Positions 52,146 to 63,493 are shown, counted from the stretch's first letter. The stretch is DNA of 64,000 nt from Candidatus Eiseniibacteriota bacterium (GCA_963762255.1 CAVXKA010000002.1:928001-992000); one strand, 5' to 3'. The notes: a model not told the origin generated them from the letters alone. Made by a program: numbers and translations.

Positions 52146-53195
52146 TCAGAGCGTGTCATCGAATCCGAGGAGCACCGGCTCCGGCTTGAGCACCACCCCG
52201 AACCTCTCGCGCACCCGGTCACGGATCTCTCGGGCCAGGTCCAGGATCTCTCGCGCGGTCGCGCGATTCCGGTTCACCAGGGCCAGCATGTGGCGAGACG
52301 AGATCGCCGCGCCCCCGCGACGATAGCCCCGCGCGAAGCCCGCCTTCTCGATCAGTTTGGCGGCGGGCACCTTCACCAGTCCCTCGGAAGCGGCGTAGCG
52401 CGGCAGTTCCGGCCCGGCCAACTCGTTCAACCGGACGTACTCGGCTTCGCTCACCACCGGGTTTTTGAAGAACGACCCCGCGCTGCGCGAGTCGGGATCC
52501 CCGGGCACGAGGAGCATGGCCTTTGCGCGGCGAATCCCTCGCACGGCGGCGCGCACATTACGAAGGGACGGCACCGCGCCCGACGACCGGAACTGCTCCA
52601 TCACGTCGCGATAGCTCACGCGGGGCTGACCGCCCGGCGTCAACCCATAGGTCACCCTCAGCACGACGTAGCGCCCGGCGTGCGCGGTATTGAACGCGCT
52701 GGAGCGGTACTCGAAACCGCAATCGGATGCGGAAAGATCGCAGGCCTCGCCTGTCTCTCGGTCGAAGACGCGGACTGCGCGGATGACCGCGGACACTTCC
52801 TGTCCGTAGGCGCCGACGTTCTGCACCGGGGTTCCTCCCACGGTGCCGGGAATACCGCTCAGACACTCGACACCGGCGAGACCGCTTTCAACGCAACGGG
52901 CCACCAGAGGATCCCACGGCTCGCCAGCCCCGGCCTCCACCAGCGTTTCCTCCCCCGCGGCGGTTTCGGCCACACCGAGGATGCCCATGTGCAACGCCAC
53001 ACCCGGGAAACCGGCGTCGGCGACGAGCAAGTTGCTGCCGCCCCCCAACACGAAGAGCGGGATCCCCTGGCGCGCGGCGAACTCCACCGCCGCCGGCACG
53101 TCGTCCTCGGTGCGCGCTTCCGCAAAGAAACGCGCGGGGCCGCCCACGCCGAGCGTGGTGAAGGGAGCCAGGAGGACGTCGCGTCGCAGGTCCAT
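52146..53195 (-). CDS. murB: UDP-N-acetylmuramate dehydrogenase
   Basis: TTLGVGG, LGGGSNLL, GIPGTVGG.PVQNVGAYG, FEYRSS, SAGSFFKNP, LVN, PEP. Confidence 0.93.
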   Translation of the reverse strand: MDLRRDVLLAPFTTLGVGGPARFFAEARTEDDVPAAVEFAARQGIPLFVLGGGSNLLVADAGFPGVALHMGILGVAETAAGEETLVEAGAGEPWDPLVARCVESGLAGVECLSGIPGTVGGTPVQNVGAYGQEVSAVIRAVRVFDRETGEACDLSASDCGFEYRSSAFNTAHAGRYVVLRVTYGLTPGGQPRVSYRDVMEQFRSSGAVPSLRNVRAAVRGIRRAKAMLLVPGDPDSRSAGSFFKNPVVSEAEYVRLNELAGPELPRYAASEGLVKVPAAKLIEKAGFARGYRRGGAAISSRHMLALVNRNRATAREILDLAREIRDRVRERFGVVLKPEPVLLGFDDTL

Positions 53196-53229
53196 GCGGC
53201 GAGAGTATCGCGCAGGGGAATCGAGAGGG

Positions 53230-54193
53230 CTAGAGGGTCTCCCCCCAGTTCGTGTGCGGACGTCGATTGCGGACGAACCACTGATAGAGGATCTCGCCGT
53301 AGCCCATCGGGAGCAGCCCGATCCGCTCGTAGAAAGGCTGGAGTCGACGTTGCAGCTCCGGGAGGCGGTAGCAGGGGACGCCCACCAGGTAGTGATGCTC
53401 GATGTGGAGGTTCGAGTAGACGAAGATCCAATCCCAGAACCAATGGCTGCGCACAAGGGTGGACCACTTGGCGGGATCGCTCGGATCGATGGCGTAATGC
53501 TGGCCTAGCCGGTTCAACGTGAAGGCGATCGGGAAGAACAGGAAGAGTGGAGCTCCGTGCACCCGGAACCAGAGCGCGAAACCGCCGGTGGACCACAGCC
53601 ACCAGAGAAGCGCGATGTGGAGCCCCATCACTATGGCGCGTTCGAGTCTGGATGGTCCGGCGCAGGGATGATGAGTATCTGCGCGCCGCTTTGGCCGAGC
53701 CGATCGAGTAGATCACGAAGAGCGCCGGGGTGAGGTAGAGCGCCTTGTACCATCGGGCCACTCGCTTGGGCGTCAGGTACGCGCGTTTGGGGTCGTCGGT
53801 CTCCGTGCCCAGCTCGCGGTGGTGATCCAGGTGCCAGCGCCGGAACTGGCTCGCCGAGATCGCGCTGGGGAGCGCGTAGCCAAGTCCGCATATCCGCTCC
53901 CAGAAGGGGCGGCGCTTGGCGAAGATGAGCCCGTGCACCTGCTCGTGAAGGAGGATGATGAAGGAGAGGATGACAAAGCCCTGCAGCGCGGCGAGCGGCA
54001 CCCAGACCCAGGGAATGGCCACGCGATAGCTGACGAAGCCGATGCCGAGCAAGAGCAGCGCCTGCCGGGCGACCAGCGCGAAGTGCCGGGCGGCGCTCCG
54101 CCCGTGCAGCTCCCGGATATCCTCACCGGTGAGGACCTCCCGAAGCCTGCGTTGGATGTCCGGGTTGATCGTGCGATCGTAGAAACGGTTCAT
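53230..54193 (-). CDS. Membrane fatty-acid desaturase family protein, +1 frameshift near 53645
   Basis: His boxes HEQVH and HLDHH in one frame; QH and HIEHH in the next. Confidence 0.82.
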
Positions 54194-54273
54194 GGCAATT
54201 GCTTGAAAAGAGCGCGAGGGCGCCTGGCGCCCTCGCGCATGTCATCCACCTGACGGCAAGGAATGCGGATGGG

Positions 54274-56274
54274 TCAGCGCAGCTTCGTCATGCGCCGCGT
54301 CGCCGTGTACTCCGGAGTCGTCAACCGATAGAAGTAAATCCCGGGCGAGGTCTCGCGCCCGTCGCCGGCGAGACCGTCCCAACCGACGTCGTGGGCTCCG
54401 GACCCCATCTCCCGGTCGAGCACGGTGCTGACGAGGCGTCCCCTCACGTCGAAAACCTCGATCCGCACGCTGCTCTCCTTCAGCAAATCGAACTGGATGC
54501 GGGTACCCGAGGAGAACGGGTTCGGGAAATTGGCCCGCAGAAGGGTCGCGGTGACGGGAAGGCCGTCATTCACGCCGGTCTGATCGGCCGCCTGCACCGT
54601 CGCCTTGATATACACGGTGAGGCTCGCCAGGTTGGTCGCCCCCGGGAGGCCCTGCTGATCCCGTGTGGTGAAGGTGAGGGTCGCGGTGTAGGTCGTATCC
54701 TGGCCGGTGGCGGCGCCGGTGTCGTTGAAAGCCACGGTGAACGCCGCCGGAGTCGCGTTGACGTCCACCGCGCTGAAAGCGGGCACCAGCGTGAAGCGCC
54801 CACTCCCCCCGACGATCGTCGCCCCGTAGACGTTGAGAAGTGCCTGCAAGGCGTCGTACCCGACGTTGCTCACCGACGCCGTCCCGTCCGTGAATTCCCC
54901 TTCCTTGTGGGTACCGAAGTCGAGCGTATCCGACAAGGTCTGCACCCCACCAGCCAGGGACGGAACTGCGTGGCGCAGAACCGTGCCGGAAAGGCCCACG
55001 TTCTTGGAGGGATTGTCGGGGTCGTCGCTGAGGATGACGAGATTGCCGCCTTTCACCCCCGCGGTCGCGGTTAGCATCGTGATCGTGTGGGAGTTGCTCC
55101 CGCCGCCGGCGGCCTCCGCGAAGGGACCGCCCGGCGAAGTGAAGCCGATCGGCGCGGTCAGCGTATAGGTGAGTTCGTCCGCGGGAACGACCGCGGTGTT
55201 GGTCACCGTGAGCGACTGCTGAGCGGTGGCCCCCACGATCACGGTGCCGAAGCTCAGAGAGGCATCGGCGCTCACGATCGCGGGAACCTGGAAGTTCATC
55301 ACGACCGGAAGGTGGTCGGACGCCCGCTGCAGGGCGTCGGCAATCACCTGCCCCACCGCTGCATTCGTGGGCGCGGCGTTGACGTCGGTGTTGAAGTGCA
55401 ACCCGTCCTGGCCGTAAGCGGTGTAGGTCGAGGCGAGCTGGTCGAGCCCTTCCCCATCGTTCAGTGAGTACGTTGGAAGCACGAAGTCGAACCGGTCATC
55501 CATCCCGCCGGTCGCCCCACCGTCGCCGGGAATCAGCAGCCCAGAGCGAGTGCTCTGCGTGTGAATAGAGGCAAACGTCGCGTTGTTGTTCCAACTCCCA
55601 GGGCTGTTGATCGGGTCCTGCACCCGCCCGATGTTGACAGCCTGACTTTCGAGAAGCTCCACGTACGCGGGCTCCGTCGAGGTGTATACGTTGAAATCCC
55701 CGCAGATGACCATATTGGTTCCGGCGGGATACGTGTTCATGAAGGCACGCAGCCGCGTGGCCTCCGCCAGCCGGTCGGTCTCGTAACCCTCACTGGCCTT
55801 GAGATGGACGACGAACACCACGAACTCGGCGCTTGACGCGGTGTAGGGCTTCGGTCGCAACCGGTAGTAGGGGATGTCGCGGGGGTCGTTCCCCAGGGTG
55901 TCCGAACTCACGTAGGTGACGGTGGCGGACCTGTAGAACAGACTCTGGTTCTGGCTCGAGCCGGCCTGATCGTAGAACGGCGCCGCTGACCACTGCCCGG
56001 GTTCGATGTTGTTGAGCACGTTGTTGAGGAAGTTGTTTATCGAAGTCTGGTCCTGGATCTCGCAGACGGCCAGAACGTCGGCGTTCGCGATCCCCGCGAT
56101 CACGGTCCGGAAGGACGGATCGCGCGTGGAGGCTAAGTTGTCGTAGTTGAGCGTGTTGTAGCTCACGAACCGCAATGCGTGTGCAGGCCGGGGGGTGCCG
56201 AACATACCGAAGAGAGCGACCAGGGCAAGGAGCAGGGGGAGGACCGGACGATCCGGACGGGAAGCTCGCTGCAT
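54274..56274 (-). CDS. Secreted endonuclease/exonuclease/phosphatase (DNase I-like) with Ig-like and FlgD-Ig C-terminal domains
   Basis: Signal peptide; SYN, EIQ, HLKA, GDFN, DRFD, SDHLPV; NFPNPF...WDG...GIYFYRL. Confidence 0.88.
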   Translation of the reverse strand: MQRASRPDRPVLPLLLALVALFGMFGTPRPAHALRFVSYNTLNYDNLASTRDPSFRTVIAGIANADVLAVCEIQDQTSINNFLNNVLNNIEPGQWSAAPFYDQAGSSQNQSLFYRSATVTYVSSDTLGNDPRDIPYYRLRPKPYTASSAEFVVFVVHLKASEGYETDRLAEATRLRAFMNTYPAGTNMVICGDFNVYTSTEPAYVELLESQAVNIGRVQDPINSPGSWNNNATFASIHTQSTRSGLLIPGDGGATGGMDDRFDFVLPTYSLNDGEGLDQLASTYTAYGQDGLHFNTDVNAAPTNAAVGQVIADALQRASDHLPVVMNFQVPAIVSADASLSFGTVIVGATAQQSLTVTNTAVVPADELTYTLTAPIGFTSPGGPFAEAAGGGSNSHTITMLTATAGVKGGNLVILSDDPDNPSKNVGLSGTVLRHAVPSLAGGVQTLSDTLDFGTHKEGEFTDGTASVSNVGYDALQALLNVYGATIVGGSGRFTLVPAFSAVDVNATPAAFTVAFNDTGAATGQDTTYTATLTFTTRDQQGLPGATNLASLTVYIKATVQAADQTGVNDGLPVTATLLRANFPNPFSSGTRIQFDLLKESSVRIEVFDVRGRLVSTVLDREMGSGAHDVGWDGLAGDGRETSPGIYFYRLTTPEYTATRRMTKLR

Positions 56275-56439
56275 GTCGTTTCCTTCCACCCCCCGTCCGA
56301 CCGGGACAACGACGGCCGAGGGGAGGGATGCGGGTCCCCAGGGTGAACCCAAGTGAGCCAAGCGGTTAGCGGATTAATTCTACACGATTTTCCAAGGTCA
56401 AAACCAGGGCTCCGGGCCAAGACCCGGAGCCCCGGTGCC

Positions 56440-57981
56440 TTACGGTAGTTTGACGAGCCGGAGCCCGCGGCGGTTACCGATTATTTTCGCCAGGTAGACG
56501 CCCGGTGGTGCAGGCTCCCCCCTGTCCGTCCGCCCGTCCCAGAAGTGAGTCTGGCCGGCGGACCCGATCCCCAAGTGCCGAACCCTCCGCCCGCACACGT
56601 CGGTGATCACAAGCTGGTTCGATCCGGCGGGATCGCCCCCATCCAGGCGTACCCCGTGCCGGAACGGGTTGGGGGAAGCCCGAATCCCTATGGGCGACCC
56701 GCGCCGAGACGGCCCCACCCCCGTGACATCGGCCACCAGCGCCAAGGGGACGGGTACCGGGACCAGGGTTGTGTCGGCGACGGGGAACACCCCCGAATAG
56801 AGATCGTCGTCGTCCAGCGGCAACGGCAACCGCCACGCCGCGACCGCCTCGGTTCCCCGCACGGCAAGGACGGCATCCGCCACGTGGTCGGCGGGGTCTG
56901 TCAGCGCCAGCCCGCCCGCCGGATGCACGCCGCCCGACGCATCCACCCACGCCCGGCGCAGGCCTCTTCCCGCAACATCGTGATCGAACCAGATGAGACA
57001 GGCTGCCTCTCCCATCGCCGCCAAACGCGGGCCGTACTCGAACCCCGGCGACGCGGCGATGGAGAACGGGCCGGACCCGAGCGGCATGCCACGGGAATCC
57101 GCGAAACGCCCCACCAGATCGCTTCCCCCACTCCCCGGCTCGCGCCACACCACCAGCCACCGTGACCCCATCGCGACGACATCGGCCTCGGTGGCGGAAT
57201 CGAGATCGCGTGAGATGGCCCGCGTGGAATCCGCCGGGATACCGTCCTCCCCGATCGCGCGGACGAGGACGCGGTGCACCAGCGCCTCGGTCGACTCGGT
57301 CCACACGACCAGGAAGCCGCCCGGGGCGGCTGCGACCCGCACATGAGAGCGGAATCCCGCGCCCGTTGCGAACGGCACCCCTTCGGGATCGCGGAGTCCT
57401 TCGGTGCGCTCCCAGATGGCGCAGTAGAGGTCGCCCGGCTTGATCCGCTCATCCTCCCACACGATCACCGCCACGTTCTCCAACACGGCGAGTGCGGGGC
57501 GGCGGACGGGGCCCGGTCCCGAGGTGATGCGGGTCACATCCCGAGAACCGGGCACACCCGGGCCATCCACACGCGCGGCAGCGAGACGGGTCCCCGTCGT
57601 TGTCCAGCTCTCCCATGCCGCGAGCGCCCATCCGGAGCCCGAGGCAAGCGCGGCGTGGAGTTCCGACGCGACGTCCGTCGTGAGCGGAGCGGCGAGACTA
57701 TCCGGAGGGTCACCGGTGAAGTGGGTCCAATAGAGGCGATCGAGCGCTCCCTCGCGGCCGTCCGACCATGCCGCGAAGAGGGTACTCCCGAGTGAGGCGA
57801 GCGCCGGATAGGACTGGAGCCCACCAGGCGGGGTGCCGGACACCGGAATCAACGGAACGCTCGCTCGCGCCGGTAGCGTGACCGGCGGTCCGGACACGAT
57901 CGCGGCGGCCAGAAGAAGCGCGCGGAACACCCCCGGCACGCGCGCGCACCGGAAGGGTTTCGAGGCGAGAGAGAATGACAT
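56440..57981 (-). CDS. Secreted beta-repeat protein with FlgD-Ig-like C-terminus
   Basis: Signal peptide; repeated P.LA...hhVW.D units; SPNPF, WDGRTD, PGVY. Confidence 0.7.
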   Translation of the reverse strand: MSFSLASKPFRCARVPGVFRALLLAAAIVSGPPVTLPARASVPLIPVSGTPPGGLQSYPALASLGSTLFAAWSDGREGALDRLYWTHFTGDPPDSLAAPLTTDVASELHAALASGSGWALAAWESWTTTGTRLAAARVDGPGVPGSRDVTRITSGPGPVRRPALAVLENVAVIVWEDERIKPGDLYCAIWERTEGLRDPEGVPFATGAGFRSHVRVAAAPGGFLVVWTESTEALVHRVLVRAIGEDGIPADSTRAISRDLDSATEADVVAMGSRWLVVWREPGSGGSDLVGRFADSRGMPLGSGPFSIAASPGFEYGPRLAAMGEAACLIWFDHDVAGRGLRRAWVDASGGVHPAGGLALTDPADHVADAVLAVRGTEAVAAWRLPLPLDDDDLYSGVFPVADTTLVPVPVPLALVADVTGVGPSRRGSPIGIRASPNPFRHGVRLDGGDPAGSNQLVITDVCGRRVRHLGIGSAGQTHFWDGRTDRGEPAPPGVYLAKIIGNRRGLRLVKLP

Positions 57982-58102
57982 GACTGAACTCCCAGGACGG
58001 GGAGTTCCCTAAGGAAAGCGGGCACGGGCGGGGCGGATCGAACGGGACGGATCAGACGAGACCGATCGAACGGGGAACGTAGAGGGAACGGGGCAGGCCC
58101 TA

Positions 58103-59449
58103 CTAGGCCCGCCCCCCACCTGTCTGTGCTCGACGCGCCTCGCCGGCCTCACCCGCCGAGTCCGACTCCGGTCGGATCGGAGGATCGTTGGCGAGGTACC
58201 GGAATCGCTCCTCGAACTGCCGCGGCGTCATCTTGCCGATGGTGGCCAGTCGCGCCACCGCTTTGGGGTCGGCGAAATCCGACGCTTCGAGTCGAATCAT
58301 GTAATGGCGCGCGACCTTGTACGAGTCGCTGTCGATGTCCACTTCGCGGATGCGCGCCTTACCGGTCTTCTCATCGAGAATCTCGGTGAACGGGATCGGG
58401 ATGAGTTGGCCGCGATCGATGGTGACGATCGAGCCGGTGCCGCCCGAAAGCAGGTATTGCACGGCGGCATAGCCCAGATCCTGGGTGTATTCGAGGTCGA
58501 AGGGAATCGGGTCGGCGCAGCGCAGCTCGTATCCGATGTCCTTGTCCACGATGGTGGCCGGAATGCCGCGCTCCTTGAGCCGGCGGCGCACCTCGTTCTT
58601 GAGCATGCGCCCCAGTTCGATCTCCGCGTAGCGGATGTTGCCGTGGGAATCGCGCTCGAGCTCGGTGTGGCGCGAGAGCTCCTCGGGATCGATGCGCTCG
58701 GAGAGGCCCTCGGCGAGGAGCACGACTCCGTAAGGACGCCCCATGGCCATCCGCTTGATGATCGAGCCTTCGAGGATGTCGCAGATCGTCTCCACGGAGA
58801 TCTTCTGATTGCGGAACTCCTCGCCGATGATGGTCAGCGTGGCGCCGGCGGCCTTGCCGATGCCCAGGGCGAGGTGACCTGCTTTGCGGCCCATCGACAC
58901 CAGGAAGTACCAGCGCGTCGTGGTCTGGGCGTCGACGATGATCGACTGCGTGATCCCCACACCGTAGTGGCGCGCGGTCTCGTAGCCGAAGGTAGGCATG
59001 TGGCCCGGCAGGGGCAGGTCGTTGTCGATCGTCTTCGGAACGTGAGCGACCTCGAGCTGAGGGCCGGCAAGACGATCGATCTTCATGGCGCTGGTGGCCG
59101 TGTCGTCGCCGCCGATGGTCACGAGGTAATCGACCGCGAGTTCGGAGAGGGCGCGCACGGCGGACTCGAGCTTCTCCGGACTGCTTGCCGGGTTGGCCCG
59201 GGAGGTCCGTAGCACAGAGCCCCCGTCGTAGTGGATGCGCGAGACGTCGTCGATGCGCAGCTCCACGTGACGGCTGGAATCCCCCTCCGAAAGCCACTGG
59301 AAGCCGTCGTAGAGACCCAGCACCCGGAGCCCCGAATTGATGGCCTGGATGGTCACCGACCGGATCACCCCGTTGATCCCCGGCGCGGGGCCTCCGCCCA
59401 CGAGCATCGCCAGCGTCTTGCCGCGATTGTCCCTGAAGTCCTGGATCAA
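58103..59449 (-). CDS. pfp: Pyrophosphate-dependent phosphofructokinase
   Basis: GGGPAPGIN, IGGDDT (Asp typical of PPi-dependent PFK), PKTIDNDL, MGR, GYELRC. Confidence 0.88.
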   Translation of the reverse strand: MIQDFRDNRGKTLAMLVGGGPAPGINGVIRSVTIQAINSGLRVLGLYDGFQWLSEGDSSRHVELRIDDVSRIHYDGGSVLRTSRANPASSPEKLESAVRALSELAVDYLVTIGGDDTATSAMKIDRLAGPQLEVAHVPKTIDNDLPLPGHMPTFGYETARHYGVGITQSIIVDAQTTTRWYFLVSMGRKAGHLALGIGKAAGATLTIIGEEFRNQKISVETICDILEGSIIKRMAMGRPYGVVLLAEGLSERIDPEELSRHTELERDSHGNIRYAEIELGRMLKNEVRRRLKERGIPATIVDKDIGYELRCADPIPFDLEYTQDLGYAAVQYLLSGGTGSIVTIDRGQLIPIPFTEILDEKTGKARIREVDIDSDSYKVARHYMIRLEASDFADPKAVARLATIGKMTPRQFEERFRYLANDPPIRPESDSAGEAGEARRAQTGGGRA

Positions 59450-59615
59450 GCGTCCTTCTCCTCACGCGCCGAGGGGGTCGAAAAAATCGTCAGCGCACTA
59501 TACTCCAACACAAGGGACGCTGGAAGCGGTTACACCAGGGGGATTCCCAAGCGACGCCGCGGCGTGTACCTTAGCCTGTGAAAGCAGACCGAGAGACTGC
59601 GGCGAAGCCGGGACG

Positions 59616-60713
59616 ATGGGTTCTCAAGCTCCGTCCCACGCGCGCGGTCGAGGAGGTGCCTTGCCCGCAACACAGGTCCCGTTTCCCCAGGTTCTCGCCC
59701 GCATAGCCCGGCAGACGGGTCTTGCCGGCGAGGAGTTCCTGGGGAAGAAATCCCCCGCCCCGTTGGTCACGGCGGTGGTGGGCCTGCGTGGTGATCGGCT
59801 GGAGCCGGCCCACCTCGCGCTGGCCGCCCGGCTCCCCGAGTACCGGCCCGAGATCCTGACGAAAGCCCTCCAGGAGAAGCACACGCTGGTGAGAACATGG
59901 GGGGCGCATGGCGCCTTCCAGGTCGTTGCCACGGCCGATCTGCCCCAGCAACTCGCCGCCGCAGGGATCTCCGCGCCTCGCTGGCAGCGGTTTCTCGAAG
60001 CGCGCTCGAGCTTGGCGGCCCCCGCGCGCCTTCGCCTCCTGAAACGACTCTGTCCGACAGAGATCTCCAAGGACGGCCTCAAGGACTCCATCCCTGACCC
60101 GAGCACTCGGCTCTTCATGCTCCGCGAGGCCGCCCAGGCCGGACACATTGTCTGGAAGGGCGGCGATGGGCAGCAAGCGGTCTTCGCGTGGGCCGAGGAG
60201 TGGTTGGGGCGCCAGGTGCACCCGGATCGGGACTATCGCGTGCTGGTCGGACGGTACTTGACCGCCTTCGGTCCGGTGGAGGCGACCGACCTCGCCGGTT
60301 GGCTTGGCGTGACCATCGCCGCCGCTCGGAAACTCATGGCCAAGCACAGGGTGGTCGAGATCCAAGTGGAGGGCGAGCCCCTGAACTCGTTCATGAAGCC
60401 CGAGGATCTCGAGAAGCTCCTCGAAGTGCGCAAGGCGCAAACGCGCGGGACCGTGGTCATCCCACCCGGGGATCCCGTTCTGCACGCCTACCGAGGCCGG
60501 TTCCATCCGCGGAACAAGGAGGGGGCTGACGACGGGCTCGTCTACACGGACGGGCGGCTCGCGGCGGTGTGGAATCTGGGTCGAGGACAGGTCTCGGTGC
60601 AGTTGATGGAAAGCGCCAGCGCCACCCGGGTCCACAAGCTCTTGAGCGCTCTGCTCGAGCGAGCGGGCATTCAGGCTGAGATCGATCTGACCGAACCTCC
60701 TGCCCAGGCGTAG
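59616..60713 (+). CDS. Divergent AlkZ/YcaQ-like (HTH_42) winged-helix protein
   Basis: LALAARL, LVRTW...G.F, RYLTAFGP...DLAGWLG; the QxQ/QxD catalytic motif is not evident. Confidence 0.6.
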   Translation: MGSQAPSHARGRGGALPATQVPFPQVLARIARQTGLAGEEFLGKKSPAPLVTAVVGLRGDRLEPAHLALAARLPEYRPEILTKALQEKHTLVRTWGAHGAFQVVATADLPQQLAAAGISAPRWQRFLEARSSLAAPARLRLLKRLCPTEISKDGLKDSIPDPSTRLFMLREAAQAGHIVWKGGDGQQAVFAWAEEWLGRQVHPDRDYRVLVGRYLTAFGPVEATDLAGWLGVTIAAARKLMAKHRVVEIQVEGEPLNSFMKPEDLEKLLEVRKAQTRGTVVIPPGDPVLHAYRGRFHPRNKEGADDGLVYTDGRLAAVWNLGRGQVSVQLMESASATRVHKLLSALLERAGIQAEIDLTEPPAQA

Positions 60714-60730
60714 CCGCAGCGCCGCATTCC

Positions 60731-61621
60731 ATGCCGTTCCTCGGCGAGATCGCCGCCCTCACCACCGCGACCTTCTGGGCGATCTCTTCCCTGCTGTTTA
60801 ACGCGGCGGCGAGACGCGTCGGTCCGTTCACCCTCAACCAGGCTCGCATCACGCTGGCTCTGGTCGCGCTCACCGCCATCCTGCTCGCCACGCGCGGCGT
60901 GTGCTGGGCACCGGACGCGCGGTGGAACAACGTGCTCCTTCTCGCCATGTCCGGCCTGATCGGGCTCACGCTGGGAGACTGGGCTTACTTCGGGGCACTC
61001 GTGTACCTCGGTCCGCGTCTCTCCACGCTGCTCATGACGCTCGCACCTCCCACGACCGCGCTCCTGGCGGTGCCGGTCCTGGGCGAGACGCTGAAGCCGT
61101 CAGCCTGGGCAGGAATGGCGCTCATCCTGGCCGGCGTGGCATGGGTCGTTCTGGAGCGCCCGGCGGAGCCGATCCCCCGGGGTCGCCGGATACGCGGGGT
61201 CGTGCTCGGAGCGATCGGGTCGATCGGTCAGGCGCTGGGCCTCATTCTCTCCAAGCTCGGCATGGAGACGGTGGTCGATCCCCTCCCCGCAACCGCGATT
61301 CGTATGGCGGCTGCGACGGCCGGCGTGTGGATCCTGGCCCTCGCCTACCGGCGGGCTGGAGAGGTCAGAAGACTCGTCCGGGATCCGGTCGCGCGGTGGG
61401 CGACCGTCGGCGCGTCCTTTCTCGGACCCGTGTTCGGCGTGTGGCTCTCGCTGGTCGCGGTACGACTCACCAAGACCGGGATCGCCGCCACGCTCATGGC
61501 CACGACTCCGATTCTCGTGCTGCCCCTCGTGGTGATCGTCCGCAAGGAGCGGGTCACGACCCGAGCGGCGGTGGGCGCGCTGCTCGCGGTGGCAGGCGTC
61601 GCGCTCATCTTCCTGCGCTGA
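60731..61621 (+). CDS. EamA/DMT family transporter
   Basis: About 10 TM in two repeats; GEIAAL, LGD..YF, LGE. Confidence 0.88.
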   Translation: MPFLGEIAALTTATFWAISSLLFNAAARRVGPFTLNQARITLALVALTAILLATRGVCWAPDARWNNVLLLAMSGLIGLTLGDWAYFGALVYLGPRLSTLLMTLAPPTTALLAVPVLGETLKPSAWAGMALILAGVAWVVLERPAEPIPRGRRIRGVVLGAIGSIGQALGLILSKLGMETVVDPLPATAIRMAAATAGVWILALAYRRAGEVRRLVRDPVARWATVGASFLGPVFGVWLSLVAVRLTKTGIAATLMATTPILVLPLVVIVRKERVTTRAAVGALLAVAGVALIFLR

Positions 61622-63207
61622 TCGCCCGATATCGAGCCTCCCAGGGTCGCGCGGCGCCCGATCGCGCCACGCCGTGGTCGGGGTTGGCCGCGGCGTGCTC
61701 GAGCACCTTGAAGAGGGTCTCGGTCTCCTCCTCGACTCCCAGATGGGCGGCCAGTTCCTCTGCGCACCACTCCTTTGCCGGCTCCGCGCGCAATGCCATC
61801 AGAGCGCGGCGCTGGATCTCCAGCACGCGACCCGCTGCCCGCTTCCCCGCCTCTACACCCGGCTGGTTGTACGCGTTGATGCCGACGAGCCCGGCGTAGA
61901 TTCCCACCGCGCGTTCGTAGAGTGCGATCAGCATGCCGAGCGTGCGCGCGGACACCTCCGGGATCGTGATCGTGAGCGAGCGGCGGTCGGCCTCGGTAAG
62001 CGCGTCGCGGGTGCCGAGGAGAAAGCCGAGAAGGTAGTCCCCCGAGGTCGTGTCTTCCTCCACGGCGAGCGAGGCACCTCCCCGGTCCTTCTGGACCTCG
62101 ATGAAGGTGAGGAAGAAATTGTCGGGACCCTCGCGCAATTGCTGCACAAAGGCGTGCTGATCGGTGGAGCCTTTGTTGCCGTAGACCACGATCCCTTGAT
62201 GGACGCCGCGTCCTTCGAGATCCGTCTTCTTGCCGAGCGACTCCATGACCAACTGCTGCAGGTATCGGCTCAGGAGGAGAAGCCGGTCCTTGTAGGGGAG
62301 CACGACCATGTCCCGGTCGCCGCGTCCGTTTCCGGCGACGAACCAGGCGAGGGCGAGCCGCGCGGCGGGATTCGCGTCCGGATCCGCGATGCGGGTCCGC
62401 ACGTCCATGGCGCGGGCCCCATCGAGCAGCCCCGCGACATCGATGCCCTGCAACGCCGCGGGAAGGAGCCCCACCGCGGACGTCAGCGACGTGCGCCCAC
62501 CGACCCAGTCCCACATCGGAAACCCGTCCAGGAATCCGGAGGCCCTGGCATAGCGATTGAGTTCGCTCCCCTCCCCCGCCACCACCACCGCATGCGGACC
62601 CAGAGTGAGTCCGCAGCGCCGGTACGCTGCCTCCGTCTCGAGCAGGCCGTTTCGCGTCTCCTTCGTGCCGCCCGACTTGGAGATCACCACGGTAAGCGTG
62701 CGGGAGAGCGCGCCGCCGATCTCGCCCCAGCACCAGGTCGAAGCCGTCGGGATCCGTGTTGTCAAGGAAGTGTGGCCTCATCGCGTCGTCGGCCGATCCC
62801 AGAGCGTGGGCCAGGAGCTGCGGCCCGAGCGCGGAACCGCCGATGCCGATGACGAGGAAGTGTTCGAAGCGGCCGCCTTCGGGCGGGTGAACGCGCCCGG
62901 CGTGCACGGCGTCAGCGAACAACCGGATTCGCCGGGTGGTGTCCTCGATGGCGGTCCGAAGTTCCGGCTCGGGGGCGAGTTCGGGCGCGCGCAACCAGTA
63001 ATGTCCCACCCTCCGATTCTCGTCCGGGTTGGCGACGCCCCCGGCCTCGAGATGGGACATGGCCCCGAGAGCCTCGTCCATCCGACCGCGCACCGCGGCC
63101 GCGTCGGCGGAGCCGAGCCCCATCCGGCTGAAGTCGATCTGCAAGCCCAGGTCAAGGTCGTACCACAACTCCCTGCGATAGCGATTCCAAGCGTCGCGCG
63201 GCGACAT
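61605..63207 (-). CDS. pgi: Glucose-6-phosphate isomerase, +1 frameshift near 62727
   Basis: [29 protein letters not shown] in one frame; [36 protein letters not shown] in the next. Confidence 0.9.
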
Positions 63208-63493
63208 GACGGTGGCTCCTCCCTTGGCAAGAGATCCGGGCCGGCTGATTGGCCAATGGTGGCAACCGCGGCCGGCCCGCGCAAGCCCCAGCTCCATGAC
63301 CCTACTCGAGTCCGGCCCCTGGAGCGAGCGGCCGGCCGCCGGACTGGATACCGGGTTCTCACCCATGGGATACAGATCGTTGATGGGTACCCGCGTCCCT
63401 TGTTTCGAATGACCCCGACTTCCACCCGGACCCGCGGTGGTACCCAGGGTACCGCCGGACTCATCATCGAAGTTGTCAAAGTCCTGGCGGTGC

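Noticed and set aside
57986-58100. Hairpin GAACTCCC/GGGAGTTC and purine-rich GAACGGG repeats between pfp and the secreted-protein gene
   Set aside because: Short and irregular; could be a terminator or RBS-occluding hairpin but nothing supports a defined element
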